Assembly: GCA_043228905.1 (NCBI GenBank)
Contig: JBHGNT010000245.1
Coordinates: 1 to 45,620, forward strand
Reading direction: 5' to 3'
DNA length: 45,620 nucleotides
Source: Azolla caroliniana
Lineage: Eukaryota > Plantae > Polypodiophyta
Positions 10,664-20,442 of this stretch are shown here, in pieces (position 1 is the stretch's first letter; each line of letters opens with the position of its first letter). The position numbers and the translations under genes were made by a program. Below the pieces are notes generated by a model, which did not search any database, had not been told where the DNA came from, and worked only from the letters and a program-made list of their open reading frames with translations.

Positions 10664-13600
10664 TCATTCCTCGCCCGTCGGTTCTCCCTCGTTTTCGGAT
10701 CGTTCGTCACTGCTGACCAGGAGAGCCGGGTCTGGCCCGTCGTCGTGTCGCTTCTTGAACGCTTTGATCCGCTTCCCTGCAACCGGTATCGCCATTCTCG
10801 TGCCGTCGAGTTCCGCCAGGTGATATGTCCCGTTGTCATTGGCGCTCCGTACCACGTAAGGCCCGAACCACCTTCGTGCGAACTTCCGTGTAGCTCGGTG
10901 CTGGTTGTCGAGGCTGCTGTCGTAGACGAGCACCCAGTCACCTTCTTCGATTTTCTTCGGCCGGAGCCGGTGCGTTCGGTCGAACCTGGCTTTGTTCCTT
11001 TTCCTCGCCACCCGGAGCTTCTCCGCAGCCAGTTCCACGTCCTCCGGTCTCCGCTCGAGCTGTCGTATGCGCGCGGCCAACAATTCCTCCCGGCTCATCT
11101 CGTCCCTCCAGTCGACCGTTGCCCACGAGGAGATCGTCCGTTCCATCGGCATGATCGGCTTCTGGCCGAACATGAGCTCCGTCGGCATATACCCGGTTAC
11201 CGAACTGTGCGTGGTCCGGTCTGCCCACAAGGCATAAGGTAACAGCCGCGGCCAGTTATCGACTTGGCCTCCGCATGCCCGAACCAACGCCTTGACGATC
11301 GGTCCGTGTCCGCGCTCCACCTTCCCATTCGCCTCCGGATTGTACGCAGTGGTGAGCGAGAGCTTGACTCCCAGCCGGTCGAACAACTCCGCGGCTTCTT
11401 CGGCGTCCAACTCCCCTCGGTCAGCCACGATCTTCCCGACGCACCCGTACCGGCATATCACGTCCTCGATTAGGAACCGGCATACGGCCGCGGTTGTTTT
11501 GTTCGAAAGGGCCCGTCCTTCCACCTGGTTCGTCAGATCCTCCCGCGCTAGGACCAGGTACCGCATCTGTCCTACCCCCATTGGCATCGTCACCAGATCT
11601 ACCATCCATTTGAAGTGGATGGTCGGAGGGTACGTGGGGTGAAGCTCGTCCCGATGTCGGACTATGGAGTGCATCTGACAGCTCTCGCAAGTTGTCACGA
11701 ACCGATGCACGTCCTGGTACTGCCCCGGCCACCAATACTTCCCCTTCAGTTTCTCGAACGTAGCCCATGTTCCACGGTGTCCAGCCCAAGGGCTGTCGTG
11801 GTACGCCGCCAGTAGCTCCTCCTGTTCTTCCTTCATCGCCACCACCCGGAGCGGGACGCCGTTCCTCTTCTTCGGGTGCTTCCACAAATGCCCATCTCGG
11901 AGAAAGAATCGATATGCTTTCTTCCGGATCCGGTTGGCCTCGTCCTTCGTCCATGACGCATCGGGCGTCATTGTCTTCAAAAACCCGCCGATCTGCAGCC
12001 ACTCCCCGTCGTACTTGCTCGCGTCGAACTCGTTAAGCGCCGGAGTGCTCATCCCGTCGGTCGTTATGTATGCCGCCTCGAAGAAATCCACGCCGAATTC
12101 TTCGTCTTCCGAAACCATGCCGCCCTCGTCGTCGAACCTCGCCCTCGAAAGCATGTCGGCCATGGCGTTGTCTTTCCCGGAAATGTGTCGTATTTCCGGG
12201 TCCAGGGACTTGATGTACGCTATCCACCTGAGCATCGCCAGGTCCGGAGTCGCGCATCCGGAAACCATACCGAGAATCGGCAGGCAATCCGTCTCGATGA
12301 TCACTTCTGTCCCTATCAGGTAGTCCTTGTCGGCCTTCACCGCCGAAACGATACCCCAGAGTTCGCGTTTAACCTGGGCGTATCCTCGCTGTCGTTCGCT
12401 GAGGACCTTCGCGCCGAACCGGATCGGAAACCGATTGCCGTCCTCGTCTTCTTGGTTGACGACCCACCCGATTCCGGTCGGACTGGTATCCACCGTTATG
12501 AATACCGGGGTACCCATCCCGTATACCGCCTTCCGGAGTGCCGGTGCCGCTGCAAGGGCCTTTTTCAACTTCCGGACCGATTCCGCGTGCTCGTCTAGCC
12601 ATTCGAACCGTCGCCCCTTTTTCAGCAACCCGTACAGTGGCTCCGCGACGTGTGCGTAATGCGGGATCCATATGTGGTAGAACGCGCATGCCCCCAGGAA
12701 TCTCCGTACTTCCGTGACCGAGCTGCAGTCGGGCTTCATCGCGGAGATGGCTTCTACCTTTGCCGGAGACGGTTTCCGGCCATATGGTCCGCACAGGTGT
12801 CCGACCACCATGATTTCTGACTGCCCGAAGGCCGACTTCTCCCCGGAGAAGGTGAGTCTCGCATCCTCTAGCCTTTGCAGCACCTTCTCGCAGTCGTCGA
12901 TGTGCGTCGCCACGAATCGCCGGCATCCGTCCGGCCCGATCGTCTCGTCCTTTTCTTCCACCGGGCATCCCTTGATCGGGATGTCGTCCAGAAACGGCAT
13001 GGTGATGTCCGGGATACAGTCCCTCAGAACCTTGTTCATCGCATTCACCATGTGGGCCACCGAGTTGGTCCCTCCTTGCGGCAGTGTACACATCCGAACT
13101 AGGCCGAGGGGAGTTCGCATCGTCGTAATGTCTCTGCTCTCCACGGCTAGCTGGAACTGGTCGTACCCTGAGTATAGATCCCCGACCGAGTAAATTGACC
13201 TTCCGGCGAAGGCCTCCGCGAACTCGTCTATGGTCGGTCCGATCCCTGCGTTCCGAATGGACACTCGATTGACCGGCTGCAGGTCTTGGATGAAGCGCAA
13301 CGAACCGTTTTTCTTCGGTACGGTAAACCATCGATTCGAATATGGGGCGCTCGACGGCTCGAGAACTCCCATATCAACTTTCTGCCTCAGCAGCTCCATC
13401 AACTTCGGGATGTGAGCTCTCGGAACCGGGATTGGCTTGAGATTCCATGGTACATGCGGTACCGTGAATATCACCATCGGCTCCACGATCGTCGGGTCAA
13501 CGCACCCGATTTCCTCCGGCGAGAATGCGAAGGCTTTCCCGTGCCTTCCGAGCATTCTCCGAAACCGGTCTTCCTCCGCCGGCAGTAGGAACCCGCCCCC

Positions 13601-14161
13601 ACCGATTTTGAGCTCGCGGAGCGTCTCGTCGGTGAAGGTGTGTCCTATGCCGGCCGGATCCCGTAGACTAGGGTCCGATGCAACCCCTTTGATTCTCGAC
13701 GCGCTGTCCTCCGGTAAGGGTGCCGCGACCGGCCTTACCTTCCGGTCCACAGTCTTGTACTTCGTGCTTACGTGGGCCGTCCGAACTGACTCGAGCCCTC
13801 GACCGAAATCCGCGATGACTTCGTACATCTCCTCGGAACTCACCGGTATCGTCCGGTCTTCGTTAAGGCCTTCTTCGACTACCTTTCCCAGCATTCCCAA
13901 GGTGTCGTCGAATGAGACCGCCTCCACGGCTCCGTTGATTTCCTCGTCAGGGCCGAGAACTCCGCACGCTCGAAGTCTCCTCTCCGCCTTTGTCTTCTCT
14001 CGGCCGCCGATGCCGACTATCGTACACGCTCCGCTGTCGGAGAACAAAAATTCCCTACCTATGGTACAAGGTTTCTTCGGTTTTATCGTACAGGTGTGGG
14101 GTTTTCCCGGGGTGTCCGGACTGTCGCGGCCCCACGCCTTGGCAGTCCTCTCTAAAAATCC
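10664..14161 (-). CDS. pol: Pol (reverse transcriptase, RNase H, integrase), probably expressed by -1 frameshift from gag-pro
   Basis: RT motifs DLYSGYDQ, LPQG and PFLDDI; RH motifs TVDTS, ETDC and ADMLSR; IN motifs H..H..CESC, D,D,E (MVD, ADRG, KVERGH) and GPY. The frame is open from the slippery site at 14161 to the stop at 10664. Confidence 0.95.
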   Translation of the reverse strand, partial: GFLERTAKAWGRDSPDTPGKPHTCTIKPKKPCTIGREFLFSDSGACTIVGIGGREKTKAERRLRACGVLGPDEEINGAVEAVSFDDTLGMLGKVVEEGLNEDRTIPVSSEEMYEVIADFGRGLESVRTAHVSTKYKTVDRKVRPVAAPLPEDSASRIKGVASDPSLRDPAGIGHTFTDETLRELKIGGGGFLLPAEEDRFRRMLGRHGKAFAFSPEEIGCVDPTIVEPMVIFTVPHVPWNLKPIPVPRAHIPKLMELLRQKVDMGVLEPSSAPYSNRWFTVPKKNGSLRFIQDLQPVNRVSIRNAGIGPTIDEFAEAFAGRSIYSVGDLYSGYDQFQLAVESRDITTMRTPLGLVRMCTLPQGGTNSVAHMVNAMNKVLRDCIPDITMPFLDDIPIKGCPVEEKDETIGPDGCRRFVATHIDDCEKVLQRLEDARLTFSGEKSAFGQSEIMVVGHLCGPYGRKPSPAKVEAISAMKPDCSSVTEVRRFLGACAFYHIWIPHYAHVAEPLYGLLKKGRRFEWLDEHAESVRKLKKALAAAPALRKAVYGMGTPVFITVDTSPTGIGWVVNQEDEDGNRFPIRFGAKVLSERQRGYAQVKRELWGIVSAVKADKDYLIGTEVIIETDCLPILGMVSGCATPDLAMLRWIAYIKSLDPEIRHISGKDNAMADMLSRARFDDEGGMVSEDEEFGVDFFEAAYITTDGMSTPALNEFDASKYDGEWLQIGGFLKTMTPDASWTKDEANRIRKKAYRFFLRDGHLWKHPKKRNGVPLRVVAMKEEQEELLAAYHDSPWAGHRGTWATFEKLKGKYWWPGQYQDVHRFVTTCESCQMHSIVRHRDELHPTYPPTIHFKWMVDLVTMPMGVGQMRYLVLAREDLTNQVEGRALSNKTTAAVCRFLIEDVICRYGCVGKIVADRGELDAEEAAELFDRLGVKLSLTTAYNPEANGKVERGHGPIVKALVRACGGQVDNWPRLLPYALWADRTTHSSVTGYMPTELMFGQKPIMPMERTISSWATVDWRDEMSREELLAARIRQLERRPEDVELAAEKLRVARKRNKARFDRTHRLRPKKIEEGDWVLVYDSSLDNQHRATRKFARRWFGPYVVRSANDNGTYHLAELDGTRMAIPVAGKRIKAFKKRHDDGPDPALLVSSDERSENEGEPTGEE
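14096..14161 (-). promoter_or_regulatory. Candidate -1 programmed ribosomal frameshift signal (slippery heptamer plus pseudoknot)
   Basis: G GAU UUU directly before the gag UAG, then a 6-nt spacer, a GGACUG/CAGUCC stem, and a loop GUGGGG complementary to a downstream CCCCAC. Pol is in the -1 frame. Confidence 0.75.
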
Positions 14162-16278
14162 TCTCGGTTTTCGGAACCGAGGGAATCGCGGTTACGTTCG
14201 TGGTTCGGCCTTACCGTCAGAAACTGGACCGAATGGCGCCCGTCTTGGCTTTTGACCCTCGCGTAGGCCGAACCATTGTCCAACACTTTGGTCTCCATTC
14301 GCGCCGCCGTGATGTACGGCTCTCCCAGAATGACCGGATGCGAAGACGTCTCCTGCACGAAGAAGTGCTGGTCAATCTCGACGTCGCCAATCTTGACTCG
14401 CACATTCGGACAGGCCCCGTGCAGTTCCTCGGTGGCGCGCGTTGCCGCCCTTATTTTCCACCCGTGCTTGGTGTTGATCGGCCATTTGCCCTTCTTATAG
14501 AAGTCCATGGACATCAAATTGACCTCCGATCCGTGGTCCACCAAAGCTATCACCGGTTCCCGGACATCGCCGATCTGCACCGGGGTCTCCGTGGTCGCCC
14601 GGGCCCAGTGTGGTCTCGAATAGTGGCTTTCTGCCCACTCGTCTCCCAGCGCCATGTCGTCTAGGTGCGTCGTCCGCACTTCCACCGGTCTTTCCGGTTC
14701 TGTCTCCGTCGACAGCCTCTTCCGTTTCACCAAGTCCACGATGGAGTCGTGGAACTCCTTCTTGGCGATTCCCAGCACCTCTCGTAACGACAGCTCCACC
14801 TTGCTGTCGAGGATCCGTTCCTCCAGGACCTTTCGTAAGTCTGTGGTTCTTTCTATCTCCGTCCCCAGACGGTACCCGCCCTTCTGGGGTTTATCTTGCG
14901 TACCGGCCCCGCCGGCTTCGTCCCGTCGTGGCCCGGACCGGGTCTCGTATCGTTGTGAGGGCCCGGTCATCCCGGGTTTCCCCACCCGCTTCTCTTCTAC
15001 CAGAGCCTCGTAGTTCCGGCAAGCGGCTTCCACGAAGCCCGTCTTTTCCTCGACCGGGTCGCTCCACCCGGTCATCTCCCGTACCCGTTTCTCCGCACTG
15101 TCCGATTCCTCCCCTTTTAGCCTTGCACCGGCAAGGCCTTCCAGCACCGTCGGCCAGAATCCGGCTTTGCTTCCTCTTCGGGCCTCGTTGCCCCCGACTC
15201 GAATACCGGCCGACGCCGAGTAGTGGACGGTTTCCGCATGTCGGGCTGCCGCCTCTTCCATTAACCTTTTCATACCACCCTTTCCGTCGTTTCGGCTCAG
15301 GGCCCTTCGGGTGTCGCTGGCATGCACCCGTCCTTCCCACAGGTACACCACCCTGTCCCTCAGCGCCTCCGCGAAGTCGCCGCAGTCCTTCCGAATGTGG
15401 CCGACTTCATCGCACCACATGCACCTGTTTCCTGCCGCCGGCCGTCGGTCACGAGCCGGTTCGCCTCCTTCCCTTCGGGCCTGCGCGATTTGGAGGTCCT
15501 TTATTGCCTTCGTCAATTCCTCCAACGCCGCTCCTCCGGTTGAGCCTCTGACTACGCCGGTCGAAGCCGAACCGGTTTCCAACCACTCCCGGGTCTCTTC
15601 CTTGCGCACCTGTGGCGCCGGTTCGAGCTTCCTTGCTGCGACCGAGCCCGACCCGGTTGCCCCGTTATCCGCCCATTCTCGCCGTTTGTCGAAACGGCCA
15701 CAGACCTTCCTGACAGCCGCCCAGTCGGTAGTGAGCCCGTCTTCGGTTTCCAGCAAGAGGCCCACTTGCTCCCGATCCCGCTCGTCGACCGACTTGACAA
15801 ACAGCAAGACCCGGCTCGTGTCCAGGATGGTTCGGTCGAGCGCCGAAAGGCGCGCAAAGTTTTCCTCGAACTCCCGGAGGAGCGCCGACGCGTTTCTTCC
15901 CTTCCCCGGGGACTCCACCCATTCCATGAACCTTCGCTTCGAAAGCCGGAGCGCGTCGTCCAGCCCGTATTTCTCTAGGAGCCGACCTTCGAACTCCTCC
16001 CAGGTACGGCTCTCCGTCCGCACCTCGAGCACCTCCGCATGGATGCTCGGCATCGCCACTCGGGGAAATCCGGCAAGACGCCTTTCTTCCGGAATGTCCC
16101 GCATCAGCATCTCTGCACCGTAGGACGCCAAATACTTCGTGGCATCCTTCCCGTCGAACCGGCCGATCGTGCCGACGACCGCCTCAATAGCTCTGTCGAG
16201 GGCACCGGTGCTCTCGCGCGCGTTTACAATCCGATCCACGGCCGAAGCCATGGCCTCTGCAAGATCCGACCCCTTCAT
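14152..16278 (-). CDS. gag: Gag-protease polyprotein (~708 aa from the first ATG)
   Basis: GRFDGKD gag start, CMWCDEVGHIRKDC zinc knuckle, and aspartic protease ALVDHGSEVNLMS...VILGEPY. Confidence 0.92.
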   Translation of the reverse strand: MKGSDLAEAMASAVDRIVNARESTGALDRAIEAVVGTIGRFDGKDATKYLASYGAEMLMRDIPEERRLAGFPRVAMPSIHAEVLEVRTESRTWEEFEGRLLEKYGLDDALRLSKRRFMEWVESPGKGRNASALLREFEENFARLSALDRTILDTSRVLLFVKSVDERDREQVGLLLETEDGLTTDWAAVRKVCGRFDKRREWADNGATGSGSVAARKLEPAPQVRKEETREWLETGSASTGVVRGSTGGAALEELTKAIKDLQIAQARREGGEPARDRRPAAGNRCMWCDEVGHIRKDCGDFAEALRDRVVYLWEGRVHASDTRRALSRNDGKGGMKRLMEEAAARHAETVHYSASAGIRVGGNEARRGSKAGFWPTVLEGLAGARLKGEESDSAEKRVREMTGWSDPVEEKTGFVEAACRNYEALVEEKRVGKPGMTGPSQRYETRSGPRRDEAGGAGTQDKPQKGGYRLGTEIERTTDLRKVLEERILDSKVELSLREVLGIAKKEFHDSIVDLVKRKRLSTETEPERPVEVRTTHLDDMALGDEWAESHYSRPHWARATTETPVQIGDVREPVIALVDHGSEVNLMSMDFYKKGKWPINTKHGWKIRAATRATEELHGACPNVRVKIGDVEIDQHFFVQETSSHPVILGEPYITAARMETKVLDNGSAYARVKSQDGRHSVQFLTVRPNHERNRDSLGSENREDF

Positions 16279-16300
16279 CTTCTGCTCTTCTGCCGCCTCT

Positions 16301-16318
16301 TTCACGTCGGGTTCACCA
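16301..16318 (-). other. Primer binding site, tRNA-Trp
   Basis: TGGTGAACCCGACGTGAA is complementary to the recalled 3' end of plant tRNA-Trp (…TTCACGTCGGGTTCACCA). It lies 4 nt from the LTR. Confidence 0.88.
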
Positions 16319-16322
16319 AAGA

Positions 16323-17074
16323 TGTCGAGATATTAAGCAAGTGCGTGTGGAATCGAGGCGGGACCGCGGGGGTCTCGAACCAAAGAGCAAGCGAGGGAGG
16401 AGAAAGAGAGAGAACCGGCTACGCAGGTCCGGGGATACACAGGGACTCGGCCCTTCAGCACGGAGAACGCGAGCAGAGACCGACACAGACAGATGTGAAT
16501 AACTTAATATGTATATTAAGTAAATGGCTAATCACGACTACAACCCTCGACGGGGCACAGGTTGGTTACAACCGAACAGGCCGGCGAACAGATGCCGATG
16601 CCTGTTCACTTCGACGCACAAAGGGGCTGCCGGAAGCACTCGGGCGTTCCTCGAAACAGCGCGGGCCTCCTCGGAACCCTGCACAGAAAGCTATGGAGCT
16701 CAGAGAGAGAAGCGTCCAGAAACGGTCCGACAGCACTTCGTCCTCTCCGCGCGAGATGCCTGCAACAGCTCTTTCCTCCTCTTTTATAGCCCGACGAGCA
16801 GGCCGTCATGTCAGCTTTATTCCCTGTCCCTTTTGGACAGGGATCCGCTCCGTTTTTCACGCATCCGCGTAGTTACGCCGCCGACTCGTACAGTTCGCGC
16901 GCGCGACCGAAAAGACTGTTCGCGCGGTCTTTGTCTCCACTTGAGTTAGGGCCCGTTCCTGCCGATTATCCTCCCAGTTAATTTCTATGTACAACTTGGA
17001 GCGTGCGCGCGTGAAGAACCGGTTCCCACGCCTTGGTGCGCCGATTCCGCCTATGGACGGTTTTCTTCACGACA
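16323..17074 (-). repeat. 5' LTR of element A
   Basis: Direct repeat of 9841-10592, adjacent to the PBS. Confidence 0.96.
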
Positions 17075-17096
17075 TCGCGTAATGACGCAACATCTT

Positions 17097-17114
17097 TGGT
17101 GAAACCGACGTGAA
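17097..17114 (+). other. Primer binding site (tRNA-Trp, 1 mismatch) of element C
   Basis: TGGTGAAACCGACGTGAA after the LTR end and the same TCTT spacer as in element A. Confidence 0.85.
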
Positions 17115-17129
17115 AGGCGGCAAGGGAGG

Positions 17130-18038
17130 ATGGAGTTGGAAGACGACGACCTTGCGGAGATGGTGGCCGAAGTGGTGTTGGAGTCGGCACGAGTGGTGAT
17201 GAGGCGAGAAGCAGCGCAACAAGCGATTGAGCGAGTGGTCGAAAGAGTCGGTCGTTTCAACGGGGACAAAGTCCCATCTTACTTGGAAGCCTACAATGCG
17301 GAAATGGAGGAGCGTGGCGTAGACGAGGCGTTGAGGCTGGAGTTCTTTTGTCGGGTCGTAGCTGTTCGGATGCATGCGGAAGTAAAGGAGCTCCGTGGGG
17401 CTCATAGTTCGTGGGAGGCCTTCGAAGAGGGGCTCCTGAAGGTATACGGAGGACGGCGGAAGAGCCGAGGACGACATGACTTCGACCAGTGGGTAGCATC
17501 GGCAAAGACCCACCGGGGCGCGACGAAGGCGTTCCGAGAGTTCGAGCGACGGCTTGCTCGGCTCCCGGAGCGGGAACAAGGTTTGGTGGGGACGGACAAG
17601 GTCCTATTGTTCGTCAGGTCGATCGACCAAGTGGAACGGGAGGCCATCGGGATTGAGCTCGAAGATGATGACGGAGCGAATGGGCTTACGGAGGACTGGT
17701 CGAAGGTCGGAAGGGTGTGCCTACGGCTAGACAATGAGCGAGCCGAGAAGGCTAAGAGGAAGGCGCGCGACGGCATGCCATCACAGCGGGAAGAGGCCGA
17801 ACGGCAAAGAGAGCCGGCAAGGGTCGGCGTTGGGGCCAGGATTGCGGAGGCGTACTCAGCTCTCAAGGCGATGCTCAAGGAAGAGGAAAGATCAAGGCCG
17901 CAAGCCGAGACTGAGGAGACAGACTTGCCCCACGCGACGACGGAAGATCGGTACCACGGTACCACGGGAGAGGGCGTGAAACAAAACGCCCTCTCGACTT
18001 GCGGAGATAGAACAACCAAGGACGAGGCCGAGATATAG
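17130..18038 (+). CDS. Gag-like ORF of element C (302 aa; no zinc knuckle or protease visible)
   Basis: Aligns with the gag of A: VGRFNGDKVPSYLEAYNAEM vs IGRFDGKDATKYLASYGAEM, KVLLFVRSID vs RVLLFVKSVD, GLTEDW vs GLTTDW. Confidence 0.85.
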   Translation: MELEDDDLAEMVAEVVLESARVVMRREAAQQAIERVVERVGRFNGDKVPSYLEAYNAEMEERGVDEALRLEFFCRVVAVRMHAEVKELRGAHSSWEAFEEGLLKVYGGRRKSRGRHDFDQWVASAKTHRGATKAFREFERRLARLPEREQGLVGTDKVLLFVRSIDQVEREAIGIELEDDDGANGLTEDWSKVGRVCLRLDNERAEKAKRKARDGMPSQREEAERQREPARVGVGARIAEAYSALKAMLKEEERSRPQAETEETDLPHATTEDRYHGTTGEGVKQNALSTCGDRTTKDEAEI

Positions 18039-20181
18039 ATTGCGGAACCGGATAATTGGGACCAACGGTTTTGGGCGTGTCAGCCCGAAACCCCGGGAAT
18101 CAGAGAAACAAGCCTAGGCGGGGCTTGCGCGATCGGTAAGAAGACGACCGCCGACCACGAAGAGTCGGTGGCTACGGACAAGGGCGTGAAACGGACGGGG
18201 GATTCTTTGTGTCTTCTCGCACTTGCTCCCGAGACGATGGCAGTCGGGCCTAAGTGCCCACGTGAGTCCCAAGCGGAGGAAGGCGGCGGCGAAAGACCAA
18301 GAATCACCGGCGAGACGATACGGGGAAGGAGCGGACGAAAGCCCACAGAGCCGATTCCGGAGAACTCGGCATTCGGGCCCGTATGCCCATGTAAGACCGA
18401 GGTGATGGATGGTAGTACCGAGGAGTCCTGGCACGATGCCAGTGAAGATGGATGGGAGATGGCCAGCGAAAGGGGCGATGAGGAGACCAAGGAACGACCT
18501 GACCGGGGACCGAACCACACGACGCTCCGGTACGGGTGGAGCGTGATCCGGTCGTGGATTGTTCGATCGGGGCCAGAATCGGCATGAAGGTGCCGATACG
18601 GGAGAGGGTGCGGGACGAGCCGCCCTCTTTTACATGTGGAGAAAGACCGACCAGGCGAAGGTCGGGAATTGGAAAGGAAGGTGATCAAAGGTTCAAAGCC
18701 ATTTTCATATCACATTCTAGACTTGACCGAAACCATTTAAGGATATTGTAAGAACATTGGGTTTCAATCCCCGAAATAATGTCAAATGAGAAATAATCAC
18801 CTATGTCCTACATTAAAACAACAATTTGCTAGCTTCAAACAAGATTTTTTAAATGGATAGGACATTATTGAAATATTCTTTTGTTCCATTAGTAAGATAT
18901 TTGGGTGGATAAACAATAAACTATTGACTAGTGAATGTAGCAATATTGTTTGTAAGCAAATTGATGTATATGTTATAGAAGCAAAGATTGTTTATGTCAA
19001 TATTGTACCTTAAGTTGGGGATGGAATCACCTGCATCTATGGTCTCACTAAAGAAATGGCCAACAATTGGCAACATCTAAGCATTGTACAATAGGACAGA
19101 CGACTCAAGTATACATGATCAAATCATACATTCTTTTTATTGGTTGCTTCGTCTCTGATTGGTCTATGATATTTCATTATTTGAATTGTTGTGCTAAGCT
19201 AAATAGATGTGGTGACAATGTTGTTCCCATTTAACTCACACGCGAAAGAAATAACATGTTTTTGAATATGAAGGTGTATGATCATTGTTTATTGCTATTG
19301 CTAGAAAGTATGACTGCTTTTTTGTTTCATAATGAATGCAATATCATACCAACTACCACTTAATATCAAGCCTTAAACAACATGTAAAAAGTGTCACCAC
19401 TATCCCATCTTGGTTGCAAGTTTGGGTTTTAAATTAACTGATTTCATCCCATTTCTCTTCCATGCATAACCTTTTTTGCACAATGAAGAGAGCTCATAAC
19501 ATAGTCGAATCACCACGTAATCTCACAATTTTTGGTAAACAATTATAAGCAAGTAGGGGGGTTGTGTCCCATGGGAAAAATAGTAATCTATACTAGCACT
19601 TGAAATATTTCCAACATTCATTCAAGTTTAAGGACTCGACAACTAGTTTAGGCATTTTAGTGGAGGATACTTTTATTTTCCCCAAACAAAAGTTTATAAT
19701 TGATTTCATACCTCTCTAACTCCGATCATAACATTACTGATGCTACCTTCTCCATGCAATCTAGTTGTACGCATGACGAGAAATGTTGTCTCTGCATCCC
19801 AATATAGTATCTTCAAAAACCACATGCGTCTTCTCGATATCCTTAACCCTAGCATCCCACGGTATTGTCCCCCTCACTGACCGACTTGTAGTAGCTCATG
19901 ACGAAGGCTTAGGTGTCCTTGACAGATTGTTAGATAGCTCAAGACTACTATGCGAGCTCTCGAAATCTAGATTGAAACATGACATGATATTGTCCCCTCC
20001 ACTTGTCTGAGTCATATATATGTATAGGTCACGAGACATCTATGACTGGGACATTGGTACATGGGTGGACACTGGACATACACACATACACACTTCTCAT
20101 GTTCTAGGCAAACTTCAAAGCAATCCAATGAAAATTACAATCCCAAGATGGAATTAATGCTATCTATCTACTACACCACGA

Positions 20182-20182
20182 A

Positions 20183-20213
<31 letters not shown>

Positions 20214-20321
20214 GATGCGTGTCCGGCCAGGGGACGGATTCACACCGTCCGGACAAACGTACGTGGCTTAGTTAAATGATTCTCTCTCTTTCTCTCTCTA
20301 TCTCTCTCTCACACACACAGT

Positions 20322-20380
<59 letters not shown>
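20182..20380 (+). repeat. (GA)n, (CT)n and (CA)n microsatellites in the TSN promoter/5' UTR
   Basis: Simple repeats within ~260 bp upstream of the ATG. Confidence 0.85.
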
Positions 20381-20385
<5 letters not shown>

Positions 20386-20442
20386 AATTCAGCTCAAGCC
20401 TCAGATCATTCTGAAGCCGGAAGAAGCAAGGAGAAGAAAGAA

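Larger units (their letters stand above)
1..11611 (+). repeat. Copy 1 of a large direct repeat (period 34,008-34,009 bp)
   Basis: Sequence and ORF track recur at +34008, and at +34009 after the (AG)n near 4340. Differences seen: 6999 A/G, 9110 C/T, 9750 T/G, 10540 G/A, 11259 T/C, 11386 A/G and one (AG)n indel. Confidence 0.98.
9841..17074 (-). mobile_element. Element A: full-length, apparently intact Ty3/gypsy LTR retrotransposon (7,234 bp, no chromodomain)
   Basis: Two 752-bp TG...CA LTRs, PBS, PPT, and uninterrupted gag-protease and RT-RH-IN ORFs. Confidence 0.97.
9091..18690 (+). mobile_element. Element C: split 5' LTR (9091-9840 and 17075-17092), PBS and gag; interrupted by element A, truncated near 18.69 kb
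   Basis: LTR starts TGTCGTGAAG and ends GACGCAACA. The two halves rejoin into a homologue of LTR B, followed by TCTT-TGGTGAAACCGACGTGAA and a gag ORF. Confidence 0.85.

Noticed and set aside
14047-14047. TTG start given for the 1127-aa pol ORF
   Set aside because: This is an artefact of alternative-start calling. The frame is open up to the slippery site at 14161.
10505-16872. Long + strand ORFs opposite element A (e.g. 13437-14255, 14610-15551, 15311-16123, 16039-16872)
   Set aside because: They are shadow frames of GC-rich gag/pol and LTR sequence with no recognisable domains.
19740-20010. Possible chromodomain or gypsy 3'-end remnant upstream of TSN
   Set aside because: Too degenerate to support without a search.
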